DNA of 64,000 nucleotides from the human T2T-CHM13v2.0 reference genome, Homo sapiens. The notes beneath the pieces were generated by a model. The model made no database searches, was not told the DNA's origin, and was given only the letters and a program-made list of their open reading frames with translations. Location: assembly GCF_009914755.1 (NCBI RefSeq), contig NC_060931.1, one strand, 5' to 3'. The stretch's first letter is position 1; each line of letters starts with the position of its first letter. The position numbers and the translations under genes are program-made. Below are positions 46,507-64,000 of the stretch, in pieces.

Positions 46507-48480
46507 GTATGAAAGTATGGAAAGTAGCTTAAATCTTCAGGTAAAATTAATTTTTGACATTCACATACAGAAAAGTGATCATTGAGTGCACAAGCTTTGT
46601 ATGTGCCAAGCTTCATGAACTTCCACAAACTGATCATAAGCTAGGCCGGCACCGCATCAAGAAACTACCAGCAACCCAGAAGCTCCTCCCTTTCAGGTTG
46701 TACATACTATTTTAAAAGAAAAGGAGGCAAGAGGGGAGGAGGAGAGAATGAAAAAGGCTGGAGGAATGGAGACTGCCAAGGCATCTATTTGAAAAGAAAA
46801 TGAGAACCGCTATGGCAGCAGAGGGGCACACCCGGGGGAACTCGAGCCCTCACTGAGACACACCCTGCAAGGCATTTCCCAATCTGCAGAAAATTCTCAC
46901 TTGATTCAACAGACACACATGATGGGTAATTCCAGAAAATGCAGGCCAAGCTTTGAAGGCAAAAATATTCCTCCTAGGTATAGAGCAAGGCAGGTAGAGA
47001 TCCCTTCCTGTCCCGCCCCAGGTCCCTGCAGGAGCTAGTGCCCGTGGCCCGCAAGGTCCTTGTCTACCCATCAGAGAAGAAAGCAGTACAGAGGCCACTG
47101 GAATAAAGTTGATTTTTGCTTGAAAAGAAGAAGAAGGAGGTGCAGGGCCGTGGCCTCACAGTGACCCGGCTCACCCTCCTGGGGACCAGAAAAGCACTTG
47201 GCTCCCGGCCAGCCCCAACACCCACTTCCCAGCCCAAGCCTGCTTTGCTCCTGTGACCTTTTTCTGAACCTGGAGAGGTGGGGCACCCTCTTGGCTTCCT
47301 TCCAGCTGGATGTGACTCCTGCCAGACTCAAAGCTGAGAACCCAGGGCTTTGGAAGGAACAATGTTCCCTAAGAAGGCCTGAGAAGCAGCTCCTATTATA
47401 ATCTCCCTTCCAGCCTCAGGGCCAGGGATTTGAGAGCAGACTCCAACTAAGCTGGTCTACTCATTCTTCCTCTCTCCTAGGACCCTCTGCTATGCTCTTG
47501 AACAGGGAAAATCCTATGAAGGAAGGAAACAGATTTGGTTCGGAAACTACTCCCTTATTGCAATCAGCTTTGTCTCTGTCAGGATCATGGTGTGTGTGTG
47601 AGAGGTGGATGAGACAGTTAGGTAGGTGACTAGATAGGTGCATAGGTAGGTAGATAAAATTCCTTAGCAGCAAGCAGGTAATTCTGCAGGCAGGGACTCA
47701 GGGATGGGTCTGGATATCCATTCCATGGGAGGATTTCTGGCTCACAGGACACGGTACCAACGGTCTTTGGTCTTATACTTCAGTCAATATTAGGAATGGA
47801 ACAACAAAGAAAACTACTAAATTGGACCAAATAAGAGCTATAAAGGAGATGTTTCTAAAGGATTGTGGTTTCTTATAATGTCAAACTAGGTTCCCTCCTA
47901 AGTTCCACACCCTACAGACCATTTTCCTCCCAAGTTTCACATTGCAAGATTTGAAGAGGAGGCAGATTGGAGAGTTTTACGTTACATGGTTACATGGAAG
48001 GGAGGGGCTGTCTGGGTTTTGGTTAGCCTGGGAGGCTTTGCGAATATCACTCAGTACTCCCATTGCTTCCTGTAAATACAAAGGAATCCAATGGCTTCCA
48101 AAAAGAGAGACTCTATACAAACTAACCATTCCACCAACATTTATCAAGGCCTTGGCTTTGTATGTGGCAAGCACTGTATTAAGCTCTGGGGAATACAGCG
48201 AGTCAATACAGAGCAGTCACTCAAAGAACCCAGTCGGGTAGAGGAGGCAGCCCAGTCACCAGCTGTCCTCACCCAGGAGAAGTGCTATGATGACTGCCAC
48301 TTACCACCTGTGGCACCAAGGGCAAGCCACTCAACTTCTCTGTGCCTTGCTTTTAGCACCTGTAAGTGGAGACAATAGTAGTGCCTCTCCCCTTGGAAGG
48401 ATGTGAGGATTAAATGAATGAATGTACTAAAGTTCTTAGATCAACGTAAGACTCAAAGAAAGTGCCATAAAAGAGTTTGT

Positions 48481-48832
<352 letters not shown>

Positions 48833-49144
48833 CTAACCCTATGCTTTCCTGACCAGAAAGCCCTCTCAGTGGAGGTTACTCACTCTGAATACCAATGAAG
48901 CAGGAGCTGGTCAAATGGCTGAGGGGATGAGAGAAGGGGGAGGGAGAGGAGAGAGAATGAGGGGAGGGAATAGGACATAGGGAGTGGCACACAGAGGCAC
49001 AGAGGTGTGGTGGAACACAGAAGGTATGAGAGCAGAAATTGGTGGAATTCAATCATGGAAGGGAATTGGAAGAGGAGAATCTGGAAGAGAGAGTTAAGGA
49101 TAGTTCATAAGGGATAAATCATAAAAGGTCTAAAGTATTATGCA

Positions 49145-49548
<404 letters not shown>

Positions 49549-52500
49549 TTAACTAAACAAGGAAACAGAAAAATGTGCTCAATGGTCAGTTTCTGATACT
49601 AAGAATGGAGAACAAAGTGGAAGGTCCCATAGGGACCTAGATCTGGCTGTAGGTCCATGGAGTTGTGTTGACTGTGACTGATTTCCCATAGCTTCTTTTC
49701 TCAGAACCTGAAGTGGCTCCCCTCCACCCACATGGCATAATAATAGCCTACATTCCTAATGGCATCAAGACTGTGGTACAGTCTCCTACAATCCTCCCTA
49801 ATCCCATTTGTCCTTACAGTCAGAGCCCTGACATTTGGTTCTGGTGTCCACCACTCTCTAGCCAGCCAGAACTCAGGGGACAAATTCTGATTAGCTTAAA
49901 CCATTCACATAATTCTATCCCCTTTCCTATTGATTGGCTGAGGTATCAATGCGCCCTTGCCACAATTCTGGCCAGAGACATAAGGGGACCCAGAAGACCT
50001 TTGGGAAAGTCTTCCTCTCTCTGAAAAAGAAACACACAAGATGGCATGGACTCTTCTTCCTCTGTGTGTCGTGTTGGTGTTTGACACCTGGAATTCTGTA
50101 CCTTCTAGAGTCATCTAACATAATATCTTACATAGTACGGTGAGATAAGTTTTTGTTCCATTGAAAACTGAAGATTTATAACAACTTCCTGTGAAATATG
50201 TAGGGTGGTTGTTATCATTTGGTAGATTAGGAAGCCAAAAGAAATGAAGGGGCATATATGAGGCCTAAAGAATGTGCAGAAATAAACCTAGGTCTCATGA
50301 ATGTGTGTGTTTCTACAATACCAGGATGCTTCTCTTAAATCTTACCAAATACAGACCAAAAAATATCAGGCACAGCTTCATAAAGGTTTGCCTTTGTGCT
50401 CGGACAACAAAGCAAGGTATGAAGGTGAACTAAACTGTCAGATTAGATTAAAATGCCTTTTTGCATTTTTATCACAATGTATAAATCATCTGAAGCTGAG
50501 CTAAAAAAAAATATGACAAGATGATCATGTTTTTTCAAGATGAAAGATTCCCTCGAGTCTGAGTGACATAGCTACTCCAACAGTAAATAACCAATAACAG
50601 AGTTCCCAGCCAGTATGCCCAAAGCGGTGAGGTCCTTGGGGATGCACCCGTTGTCTCACGCTTTGAGGAGCTTCCTCAGTTCACCCCAGTGTGCCATACA
50701 CATGTCACCACTATTTACATGTGGCAACACATGAAATACGTATGGGAAGCACACACTTGTCTGGCCATGTCTCTCCCTGTCTCTCACACTGCTATCTTTC
50801 TCAGACTCTCCATTTCAGTGAACTGATCTGTTCACTGTCCCACAGATGCCTTCTGGCTTGAGGACTTGCCCCTGTGATTCCTCTTGCCTTGAATCCTGGA
50901 CCTTCCCCTGCACATTTAAAACAAAAATTTTCAAATCTCACCCAAAGTGAACTCCTCCAGTAAACTGTTGGCTTGCATAATGAAAGTTACATCACACAAT
51001 TAAACCGCTTGGACTGCATATGCTAACGCATTGCACATGTTATTCTTTCCTCTGCATGTTCTGTCTCTCCAAGTAGACCATAAATAATCTCTCTGAAGGC
51101 TGTTGGAAAGAGCCTTCCTCAAAACAAATAATTGTTAATGTCTATTGATCACTGATACTTCCTACTGTGTTCTTATTTTCTAAACTGTTCTATCTTGTCA
51201 TTGCTGTGACCACTGATATGATATAGAAGGTCAGAGCCTTTGATTGTGTTTTTTTTCCCAACCAAAATGATTTCTGTGTCCACAGATTCACAGAAGGGAA
51301 AAATATTATTAAAATGGGATATTAATGAGGACTGAAGGTCTTCTAAATATTCTGGGGATATAAAATATTCTTACTCGTAAAGGATGCCTCTACACGGAGG
51401 AAGTATCCACAGAGGAAGGAAATCTTTGCCATTACTTCTTACTGGGAACATTTACTACAGATAGTCAAATTTTAGTGGCTATATTAAGATTTGGGGAAGA
51501 GCAGGGTACTTTTAATCTCAAGCCACCAATAAACCTGACATATTTGCCAGTTTAGTCATAAAACAGAAAATCCTTTGCCTAATCAAACTTAGCTTAATAG
51601 TTCCTTCAGAAGCAGGCAGGGCCAAGAGGCTGAGTCTCGTGTTTCTGGAATAATGTGGCATGTGTGTGTGTATGTGCAGTGCCAGATTGGGACTTGGCCC
51701 CCTGGAAGTGACTGAGCCAGGACAGGGAAGGGATCTATTGAATGGTCTGGGGAACAGGGCTGGCCAAGCTCATGGTCCCTCTGAGGTCAGCCCTCCCACC
51801 CTCAAACCTCCTCCCACTCCACCCACCCCCAGGAACCCTCCCACACACTCTGGGTAAAACACAGCTTGGCAAGCTCTCACATCATGGCTTGGTGGCTACA
51901 GTGTGTTGATCTTCCCTCAGGACCAACCAAGAAAGCTAGCCTTGGTGCTTCTAAAGCTGCCAGCCTCCTAAGGGAGTATTCCTATATAGGAATATACTTT
52001 GAGAAGCTGATAAGACCCCTCTAAATATTTGGGAGGCAGCCTTTGAATTAAATTATTTGCCTGCTGATGTCAACTATTAGAGTGCTATTTAAAAGTTAAA
52101 ACCCAAGAGGCATATGTAAAAGGAAATAAGTCAAATCAATCATTTATCTCAATATCAGAGTAATTCAGAGGAACTCTTAATTACATACCTCCAAGAGACT
52201 TGTGAGGTCAACTCCATTCTATCTGCTGCCCTTGAAGCTCAGCTGGAGTCCCTCAACACCCCGATTGGAGGATGAACTCTAGCATAGGGAATTCTGAGAT
52301 GGAGGGAGGGGGCGCTGGTTCAGGATGCTTGGAGGTTCTAGAAAGAACTGAGGTCACCTGGAAGATACAACGCTACTCTAAAAATGATTCAGGATGGCTT
52401 TTCTATGCATTCTCTACTCCCATAGGAATCAGGGGCCACCTCCCAGGATGGAATCTGCCTGATGCTGTAACAGTGTTCAGCTCCCCAATTTCCCCATGAT

Positions 52501-52578
52501 AACAGGCAACCTCCTTCTGTTTTGTCTACAGTTAATTAATCAGTCATTGCTGACAGTAAGGCTCCATCCTCAACACAG

Positions 52579-52762
52579 GATATTTTCTGAAGCATTAATT
52601 TTTGTTTCAATAGTTGATCCTTGTTTGGAATATAATGTGTTACAATGTAGTGGTACTTAGTATTAAAATCAAAATACCTTTTTATTCATCTTTCAATTTT
52701 AATACTTTTAGCATTTCAACCATTATTTGAAGGGTTACTTACTGCAGTATGTCACATTTATA
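52579..52762 (+). repeat. Diverged direct repeat, copy 1
   Basis: gatattttctgaagcattaatttttgtttcaata...tgcagtatgtcacatttata, collinear with 54259-54434. Confidence 0.85.
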
Positions 52763-52799
52763 TACACACATGCACATGCTGCAGTGCTTTCAGTTTGAG

Positions 52800-53330
52800 C
52801 CAGTGATATTTTAGGCCCCAAATGCTCTGAAAAAATAGAGAAAGCTCTCACCAAGCTAAGGAAGTGAGCTTGCAGACCATGCCTTTAAAAATTTTCAGCT
52901 TGATAACTTAGTCCTCAAGATGACTAGGTTTCTCTTCCCCCACCCCTCAGTTAGCATGTGCGAACAAGGATTCTTTTGAATTCCCAGGAGGGGAATGAGT
53001 TTAATTTGACTGGTAAAAGTCTTCCTAATAGGATACCTAATACTGTGGCTCTTAGAACTAGCTACAAAAATATTTCATATGTTTATGTCTCATAATGGGT
53101 AATTTTGGTTTGGATTTATGTCATTTTGTCTCAGTATCACAATTTTTGAAAAATTAGTTCAAAGAGAAAAAAAAAAGAAAAGAAAAACCATGGTAAACAT
53201 TGCTCAGTCTCATACTCCTACCCTCTCTATGCTAAAACAGGAAATGCATTTCTGACACTTTTAAAATGAGCAATCACACGTATAATCAACTTGGTTAAAA
53301 CTTCCTTCCTGGTAACTGCAACACTTCCTC
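52800..53330 (+). promoter_or_regulatory. PIK3CG: PIK3CG proximal promoter (CpG-poor, ETS/GATA motifs)
   Basis: Non-repetitive sequence upstream of the first-exon donors; GGAA-core motifs (aggaagtg 52859, caggaaatg, cttccttcc 53301, acttcctc 53323) and tgataa 52882. Consistent with known haematopoietic expression. Boundaries inferred. Confidence 0.55.
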
Positions 53331-53462
53331 TGCATCTGGATATGAAGGGAGCCCCAGAAAAGCGGAAGAATTTAGACGCACACTGGGTAGGTTTGAATTT
53401 GTTTTGTTTTCAAAAATTAAACAAATGATCCTTCAGCATCATCGCCTCCGCTGCTTTATCAG
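53318..53462 (+). other. PIK3CG: PIK3CG non-coding exon 1a (5'UTR)
   Basis: Donor cag|gtattg at 53462/3; matches my recollection of a PIK3CG mRNA 5' end; start approximate; possible internal donor tgg|gtaggt at 53386/7. Confidence 0.65.
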
Positions 53463-53514
53463 GTATTGCTTCCTTCTATTTTTTGCTCTTTGTGGGGTCT
53501 GACTCGGAATAGTG

Positions 53515-53812
53515 GCACTTCCTTCTCGGCTAGATTATCTGAAACTGTTGTCGGTTCTTGAGATGATACTACCACCGAATGTCTGTGTTTCATTGTCTAG
53601 TCCAACCTGTATTGTGGATATCTACAACGTTCCGGCAATAGTTTTGCAGGTGCATCACATTTTTGTTTTTGTTTTGGGAGGAAAAGGGAGGGCACGGCAG
53701 CCAGGCTTCATATTCCTACAAGTGCATGCTTCAAGATTACTGTACTTACAGTGTTTCCAACATCTTCTCATAAAAGGGGAAAGCTTCATAGCCTCAACCA
53801 TGAAGGAAACCA
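53515..53812 (+). other. PIK3CG: PIK3CG alternative non-coding exon 1b (5'UTR)
   Basis: Strong donor cca|gtgagt at 53812/3; joining gives ...gaaaccagtcgcatagggcATG as recalled for PIK3CG mRNA; start approximate. Confidence 0.65.
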
Positions 53813-54258
53813 GTGAGTATTAGTCAGCCTGTTTTCCTCTGCATCTTATAAGATCGTTTGGTATCACTGAGGCAGAAGTTATTGCTGTGTATTTATATGC
53901 TGCCTAAATTTGGACATGTTTTATTTCAAGTTAGTGTCAATATCAATGTATCTTACAGTTCTCTTCTTTGTTAGTTATTCTATAATGTAGCAAAAGACCA
54001 AAATGAATGTTTTAAGCCACAAGAGACAGTTCTTTGGGACAGTTGGTTTCACTTACTAAGTATAACTTCATATTTTAAGAGAGGGAATATTGGTTTTAAA
54101 AGTTAAGCCAAGATTTGAACATAAGTTTGGATCAAATGAAATTTGTCTTTCTTATCTTCTTATCAAGCTCTCCTTTTTGGTATACATCAAATGCTCCACT
54201 ATTTCTTAAGGAAATAATGTAGTTTTAAGTCTAACATTAGTTATTTAAGAGAGTAAAC

Positions 54259-54434
54259 GATATTTTCTGAAACATTAATTTTTTGTTTCAATAATTGATT
54301 CGTTTAGAATATAATGTATTACAATGTAGTGATACTAAACATTGAAAGCAAAATACCTAATCTTTCAGTGTTAATACCTTTCAAATTTCAATTATTATTT
54401 GAAGGATTTCCTATTGCAGTATGTCCTATTTATA
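54259..54434 (+). repeat. Diverged direct repeat, copy 2
   Basis: gatattttctgaaacattaattttttgtttcaata...tgcagtatgtcctatttata, collinear with 52579-52762. Confidence 0.85.
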
Positions 54435-55579
54435 CGTAAGTGCTTTGTGAAGGGTAGGTACTTACTGAATTTTGTGGAAAGAGTGAGTAGGTTAATGAGA
54501 ATAAATTTGTGAATTTGTGTTACAAAAATGAAAATATTAGAGCAAAAAAGAAGTTAAATGATTGGGGGTCTTAACAGAAGGTCACTGGAGTCCAGAAATC
54601 CTGCCTTCCATCCTGTAGCTCCTCCATTATTAAGTAGAGACAGATCAAATGAATTTTAATTAATTAATTAAACAATGTTAAAATTACCTAAATGTTCCTA
54701 TTGGGAGAGTACAGCCTTGGGTGACTCTTCTAAGATACTGCCCTAATATAGCAGTGACAGCCAGAATGCTGACAAATTCCATGATTCAAAATTTTACATA
54801 TCTGCAAATGGTTTTGACTGTAACTTTACTAATTCCGATATGTTTTAGCTTTACAAATGAAATGACTTGCTTTCCTAATTAGAAAGAAAAAATGAAACCA
54901 AGAGGCAGGAAATTTATTAGGGAGTAGATCCTAGGTCCAGGCAGTTTGAAAACAGGCAACGTGAAGCAAGGCTGGGTGAGGTGTCTGGGTTCCAAGAAGT
55001 GTGAGACTTAACAAAGAGGAAGTAAGTTAAAGGCCTGTTTTCAAAGTGAGATTTTTTGGCATCTCGTGTTGCACCTTGTAAACTGGGACTTGAACCTTAA
55101 CTGTACTATTTTAGTAATCTATATGTTTCAGTATGTTTAAGAACAATGTCCATTCTGAGCCATTATAATGTGTCATGCGCTGTGCTGGATGAGTGTTTTA
55201 CCTACCTCTTTAAAATTTTCAAAGTATACAAAAGTAGAACGACCAATAAGCCCCCATATACCTGTCACCCATATTGAACAAGTATTACTTTATTTAACTC
55301 TCCCTCTGGGGCATTCATTACTAACCAGTTTGAGAGATGAGAAACAGGCTCAGAGATTAAGCAGCCCAAATCACCCAGAAAGTAAGTGGCTGGGCCAGGA
55401 CTCACCGGCCCGACTCCAAAGCCCACGCTCTGAAGGGCTGTAGTGCTTCCAGTTTAAAATACTTGGTCCCTCTGGGTCCCTGTGCACATGTACGCCGCCT
55501 ATACCTCCTCTTCCCTCATCTCACCAGAAAATATAAGGGGAAAGTGCCTTTCTTGTGACAAATCCCTGTGTCCCTCCGC

Positions 55580-57637
<2,058 letters not shown>

Positions 57638-57869
57638 TGATTTGCATATGCACAGGCACTCCATTCGGTTGTCATCAAATGCCCTTTGTTCAGAGCTTCA
57701 TCATCGGCAAAAGTAGATATGATGAAGCTGCCTCAAAAAGTAGTAAACTGTTCCATGTACATTTTTACTGTCTCGGAGGGTTTGCTGACAAGGGTTTTGC
57801 AGACATTAGTACTTCACGTTTTTAGGAGAATTGGCCCTGTGGGAATACTTTGTTCTCATTTATTATTTT

Positions 57870-58110
57870 AATGATAGATTGCACTTACTGAATGCTTTCT
57901 TGTGCCAAGGCTCCAAGTGACTGACATGCTTTCAGTGTATTATCTCATTTAACTCTTCCAATAACTATGATGGAGGTCAAATTGACATTTGCACTTTTTA
58001 CATGAGGAAACTGAGGTACAAAGAGGCTAAGTAATGTGCCCAAGGTCACATACTTTGAAAGAGGTAGACCAGAATTCAAACCCAGGAGGTCTCCCTCCAG
58101 ATCCTGCTCT
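57870..58110 (-). mobile_element. MIR in intron 2
   Basis: tatctcatttaactctt...ttttacatgaggaaactgagg...cccaaggtcaca...gaattcaaacccagg. Confidence 0.8.
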
Positions 58111-60576
58111 TTTCACTACCCCAAATCCTTCACAAATCCACCACCATATCCTTCATCAGTCTGGTGTCAGGATTCTGGGGCTAGAGATAAAAGGTCTTAT
58201 TCTCTGTGTATGTCTGTTACAGTTCACAGAATAATATCTCATATCTGGGTAGAGTCTTGAAAGCTCCTCTCTGCAGATAGGTACAGGACTGTATGTATTT
58301 CTGCTCCGTTTCTCATGATGTTCCCTGGGGTCCTGAGAGGACAAGTGATTTTTCTAAGGTTTAGTTAAGAAGTTAAAGAAAGAAGGGGGAACAGTTCCCC
58401 TGCTCACTTTAGCAGTTCTCAACTTATATTGTACTGCTTGACAAGGGAAAAGAAGTAAAGGAATTTGAATAGAAATGCTATTTTAGAGCACAGCCTTCAT
58501 TCATTAATTCAACAACATGTACTGAGAAGACTGGCATTAAATGAGTACACACACAAATAGATGTTTAATACCAAATTGTGACAAATACTTTAGGGAAAAC
58601 TATACCGTATTATGAGAAAACAGTCCAGGGGTCCAAGGGACACTTAATTTTGATTAAGAGACCCCGGGACAGTTCTGAGTAAGTGACATTTGACCTGAGA
58701 TCTTTAGGATTAGCCAGACTAAATTTTACACACTAAACTATCTAATCACTATCCGTATTTATAGGAAGTTCTGGAGTTTTCTGATAAGCATTTTGGATAG
58801 CCTCAACTTAAACTCTCAATCTTCACCTTCCTGTTAGATACTTGAAACATTACATTTGGCTTTGTTTTCATCCATTAAATATATTCAGTAGTTTTTTCAC
58901 TAGTTGAGATATTTGTATAACACTAAAGAATTTTAGAATAATTAAAGAATCTTCAGTTTTCTAGCTCTCCATAACAGAAACAACATGAAAAAAACTTGGA
59001 TGAGCTCTGTTGCAAACCCCAAGGCTAACAGGAATTATTTTTCATTGTCATGTTCACAAGTAAACTTTAAAGAGCTGGAAAATGAATAATGTTCTTTTTA
59101 GAAATGTGTTAAATGAAAGAGGTCAATACATAATATTAACATTGAATTTGTGGTCTTAAATCTGAAGAAGAATAGTCATTTGTAAAACTACTTGAGACAT
59201 TTTCAGCTATGGCTAAATGACTCATTCCTGATCAAAATGGTCTCCTAGTTGAGATCTGCACTGTCTTTACAGAAGTGAAACCTGAAGAAGGTCAGAAAGA
59301 CTCACATCTGGCTTAGAAACTTAAAACATTGCGAAAATGAGTACTGGTGGCTAAAAGACCACATTCTCAGAATTAAGGCCTTTGATGCAGCTACAGTGGC
59401 ACCTATTTGACCATACTTTTGAAAAGCATTTTTGTAAACACTTGTATAATTGAAACATGATGAAGCCACTAGTGATCATGTCCAAACTGGAAAACCAGAG
59501 GAAGAATTATAAATCCTTCCAAGAAGCCTCCAGTTCCTAAAATATAAACTAGAATGTGAATTTCTTCCGTTCCTTAGGAAAAAAGGATACACCATTTCTA
59601 TTCATAAAGTGTATACTCTGAGATATTTAATATTAAGTCTTTCTTCATGTTTACATATGACATCTATCCTCTAACTTTATATATGCTTTTATAATAATCT
59701 GAACAATGTTTGTTAGTGTTGCTGCTTTTAAAATTATGAACTATTTCAAACTTACAGAAAAGCACAGAGAACAATGAAACACCTATGCACTCACAAGATT
59801 TAATTGTGTTTTTTACATTTTATCAGTTCTTCCTCATCAGTAATGGAGCTGTACTAAGTCAATATTCTCTAACATCAGCCAAGTGATATGAAAATTACTA
59901 AACACTAAAAATGAAGATCAAATTATACTTAAGAAAACATAAAATCAGGGACTTTTGGACAGAAAGCTCTGTACACACCACAGTGTGGCAGAGGGTAGTG
60001 ATTGCTCTGTGTGGATTGATCTAGAGCCACTGTTTACTTGTAGTTAAGGACCTGTGAGACAGTTCAGTGACTTGCCAGTGAGATGCCGAAAAGGGAAGCT
60101 ATAGGGCTTTTAGGATCTTTCCATCTAACAAATATTTTTCTCCTTACGTGTATTATACTATATCTCCACTGTCCATTTTCTTTCTCACATTCTCTCTTAC
60201 CTTCCACTTTATAGATTGGTTACAGTGTCTCCATCTTCCCCCTCTACCCCTCCAACAAAACCAGTAAGACCTAATTAGAGCAAATTCCCTCACCTCTTCA
60301 CCTTTGAATTTATCAGCAGCACATGACTGTGAGTCAAAAGTTTCATCCTCTAATCCCAGTTATGTCATCGGCTGCTCTATGATCTTAAGCAAGTGGTTCA
60401 GTCTGGTCCTAAGTGTCCTCTAACAGACAGGATTAAACTTAAGTGACTGTTAAGATTTTCATCTTTCTAGCCGTGAAGACCCAGTAAAGCAGAGCACCAG
60501 TTCTTCTCCATTTCCTTTTCCCTGATTCAACGACATAGAGTACAGTCCTACAAATGCCAATGTGTTCTTCCTTTAG

Positions 60577-60669
<93 letters not shown>

Positions 60670-60725
60670 TGAAATTTTAAGTTGCCAAGAATTAACTGGT
60701 AGACCTAAAGCATTAGTCATAATAA

Positions 60726-61082
<357 letters not shown>

Positions 61083-61417
61083 TGAAGGCACCAAGAACAC
61101 ATTTTTGAGTTTTCTGTCTGCATGGAGTAAACAAATTTAAAGTTCTCCTTTTACAAGTTCATAATTTTTAACTATATATTTACATATTCTTAACTGAAAA
61201 ATTAAGCAGCATTATGCAGATGTAAGATGTAGTTTTTAAGAACAGTTGCATACACAAAGATTAGATATTTCCAAATCTTTACCTTTTTCTTCACATCTCT
61301 GAATATGCACATACAGTTTTCAAGTTTACAGTCTTATAAAATGATGAATTTTTGAGAGGCTATTTTAATTTTTTGGCATTTCTTCATCTATATATCTCAG
61401 AGTGATATATAGAGATA

Positions 61418-61753
61418 CATTCATTCTTCCCTATCTGGGGTCCTACATCTGTAAATTCAACCAAGCATGGATAGAAAACATTTGGGAAAAAAATTGCATC
61501 TGCATTGAACATGTACAGACTTTTTTTCCTGTCATTATTCCCTAAACAGTACAGTGTAACAACTATTTGCATAGCATTTACATTGTATCAGATATTATAG
61601 GTATCTAGAGATGATTTACAGTATATGGGAGGAAGTGCATAGGTCATATGCAAATACTATACCATTTTATATCAGGGGCTTGAGCATTCATGGATTATGA
61701 TATCTGCAGGAGGTCCTGGAACCAATCCTTACAGACAGCAAGAGACGACTCTG
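61418..61753. mobile_element. Tigger-family DNA transposon (Tigger3/MER2-like)
   Basis: aattcaaccaa...ctatttgcatagcatttacattgtat...tatgcaaatactataccattttatat...tcctggaaccaatcc; TA-flanked. Confidence 0.75.
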
Positions 61754-62654
61754 TATCTGTGTGTGTGTGTGTGTGCATAAAGGTAATAAACACACACACA
61801 CACACACCACCTTCTCTCTCAAGCTGTTTCCAATATCTTATTCCTACCCTAAGAAAACCTGCCCCTGCCCTAGGAAAATTAATCACTCCTTCTCTGTATT
61901 TCTGTAGATTTTGATTGATACTACATTAAATTAAAGTCTTTAACATATCTTCCTGGTCTGGTAAACTGTATCAACCTTGAATCTAGAGAATATCTCTTTT
62001 TCATTTTTATATACCTAGACCTAGCACTATGGCTCATTACATAGACACTTCATGTACTCAACCAGTATTTTAAACTCCTGAATATTTAAAATTTCTTTCT
62101 CCCTTTGATTCTTACAATGCTTCCTCCTAAAAATGATGATGGTAATAATAATATTTTATTTGCATTTTAAGAAAGGAAAACATTTGTACTGACCCTCATT
62201 CTGTCAGTCATCCAGTAATTTTTAATTCACATATTTTGCCTTTAGAATTTTAAGGCTGTCACATCCATCTTCTCTACTTCTCTACAGAACCTAACTTCCT
62301 CTTCTGAAAAGAAATTACAGAACCCTAACCAAATTCCATGTATTATTTTCTTAAAATGTCTGTTCCTCAAATCAGATGGTAGTTTAAAGTTTAATGTGCT
62401 GGAAAGAAAACTACAGTATTAATTCCTTAGCATCACCCTCAGAGCATACTTCTCTACTTGGATTGTGTTGGTGTCTATGTGTTATCCCACATATATTCAC
62501 ATATTTCTGTCCCCTGTTGTAGTATGTGTACATGGTTATGTTGCTCACCTTAAGCCCAATGTATCTTGCCACCTCATATGGTTAGCTCCTCAAAGGCAGG
62601 GCCCACCCACATTTCTCCTGCTCTACACCAGAACAAATATATAGAATGCTATGA

Positions 62655-62978
<324 letters not shown>

Positions 62979-63039
62979 TAAGCCCTTGTCTAATCACTGG
63001 TTATGAAAGCCTCAATACCAGATAATTTCCCTTCCATAT

Positions 63040-63939
<900 letters not shown>

Positions 63940-63940
<1 letters not shown>

Positions 63941-64000
63941 TTTTTTTTTGTTTTTTTTTTTTTTTTTTGAGACGGAGTCTCGCTCTGTTGCCCAGGCCGG
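63940..64000 (-). mobile_element. Alu tail end, cut by the window edge
   Basis: Poly-T followed by gagacggagtctcgctctgttgcccaggc. Confidence 0.9.

Overview
Human-like (primate) genomic DNA, dense in Alu, L2, MIR and LTR repeats. The right end holds the 5' half of PIK3CG (PI3K p110-gamma) on the + strand: alternative non-coding first exons at about 53.3-53.8 kb and coding exons 2-5 (55586-57592, 60577-60642, 60753-60978, 62740-62843; codons 1-797). The gene continues past the window. Upstream lie two decayed proviruses. One is an ERV-L/MLT2 element (3892-~14300) carrying two nested solo LTRs, four Alus and a ~1.05 kb internal inverted duplication. The other is a full-length gag-pro-pol-env HERV-H (LTR7) with a Phe-type primer-binding site (17662-26547), nested in a MER50-like LTR, itself nested in a hAT/Charlie DNA transposon. 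I found no convincing new gene system. The best leads are first-exon-dependent uORFs overlapping the PIK3CG start codon, the ERV-L inverted duplication, a diverged ~180 bp direct repeat bracketing the promoter, and the sense-oriented HERV-H with an intact splice donor. Repeat family names come from recalled consensus sequences and identities are hand counts; no searches were run.
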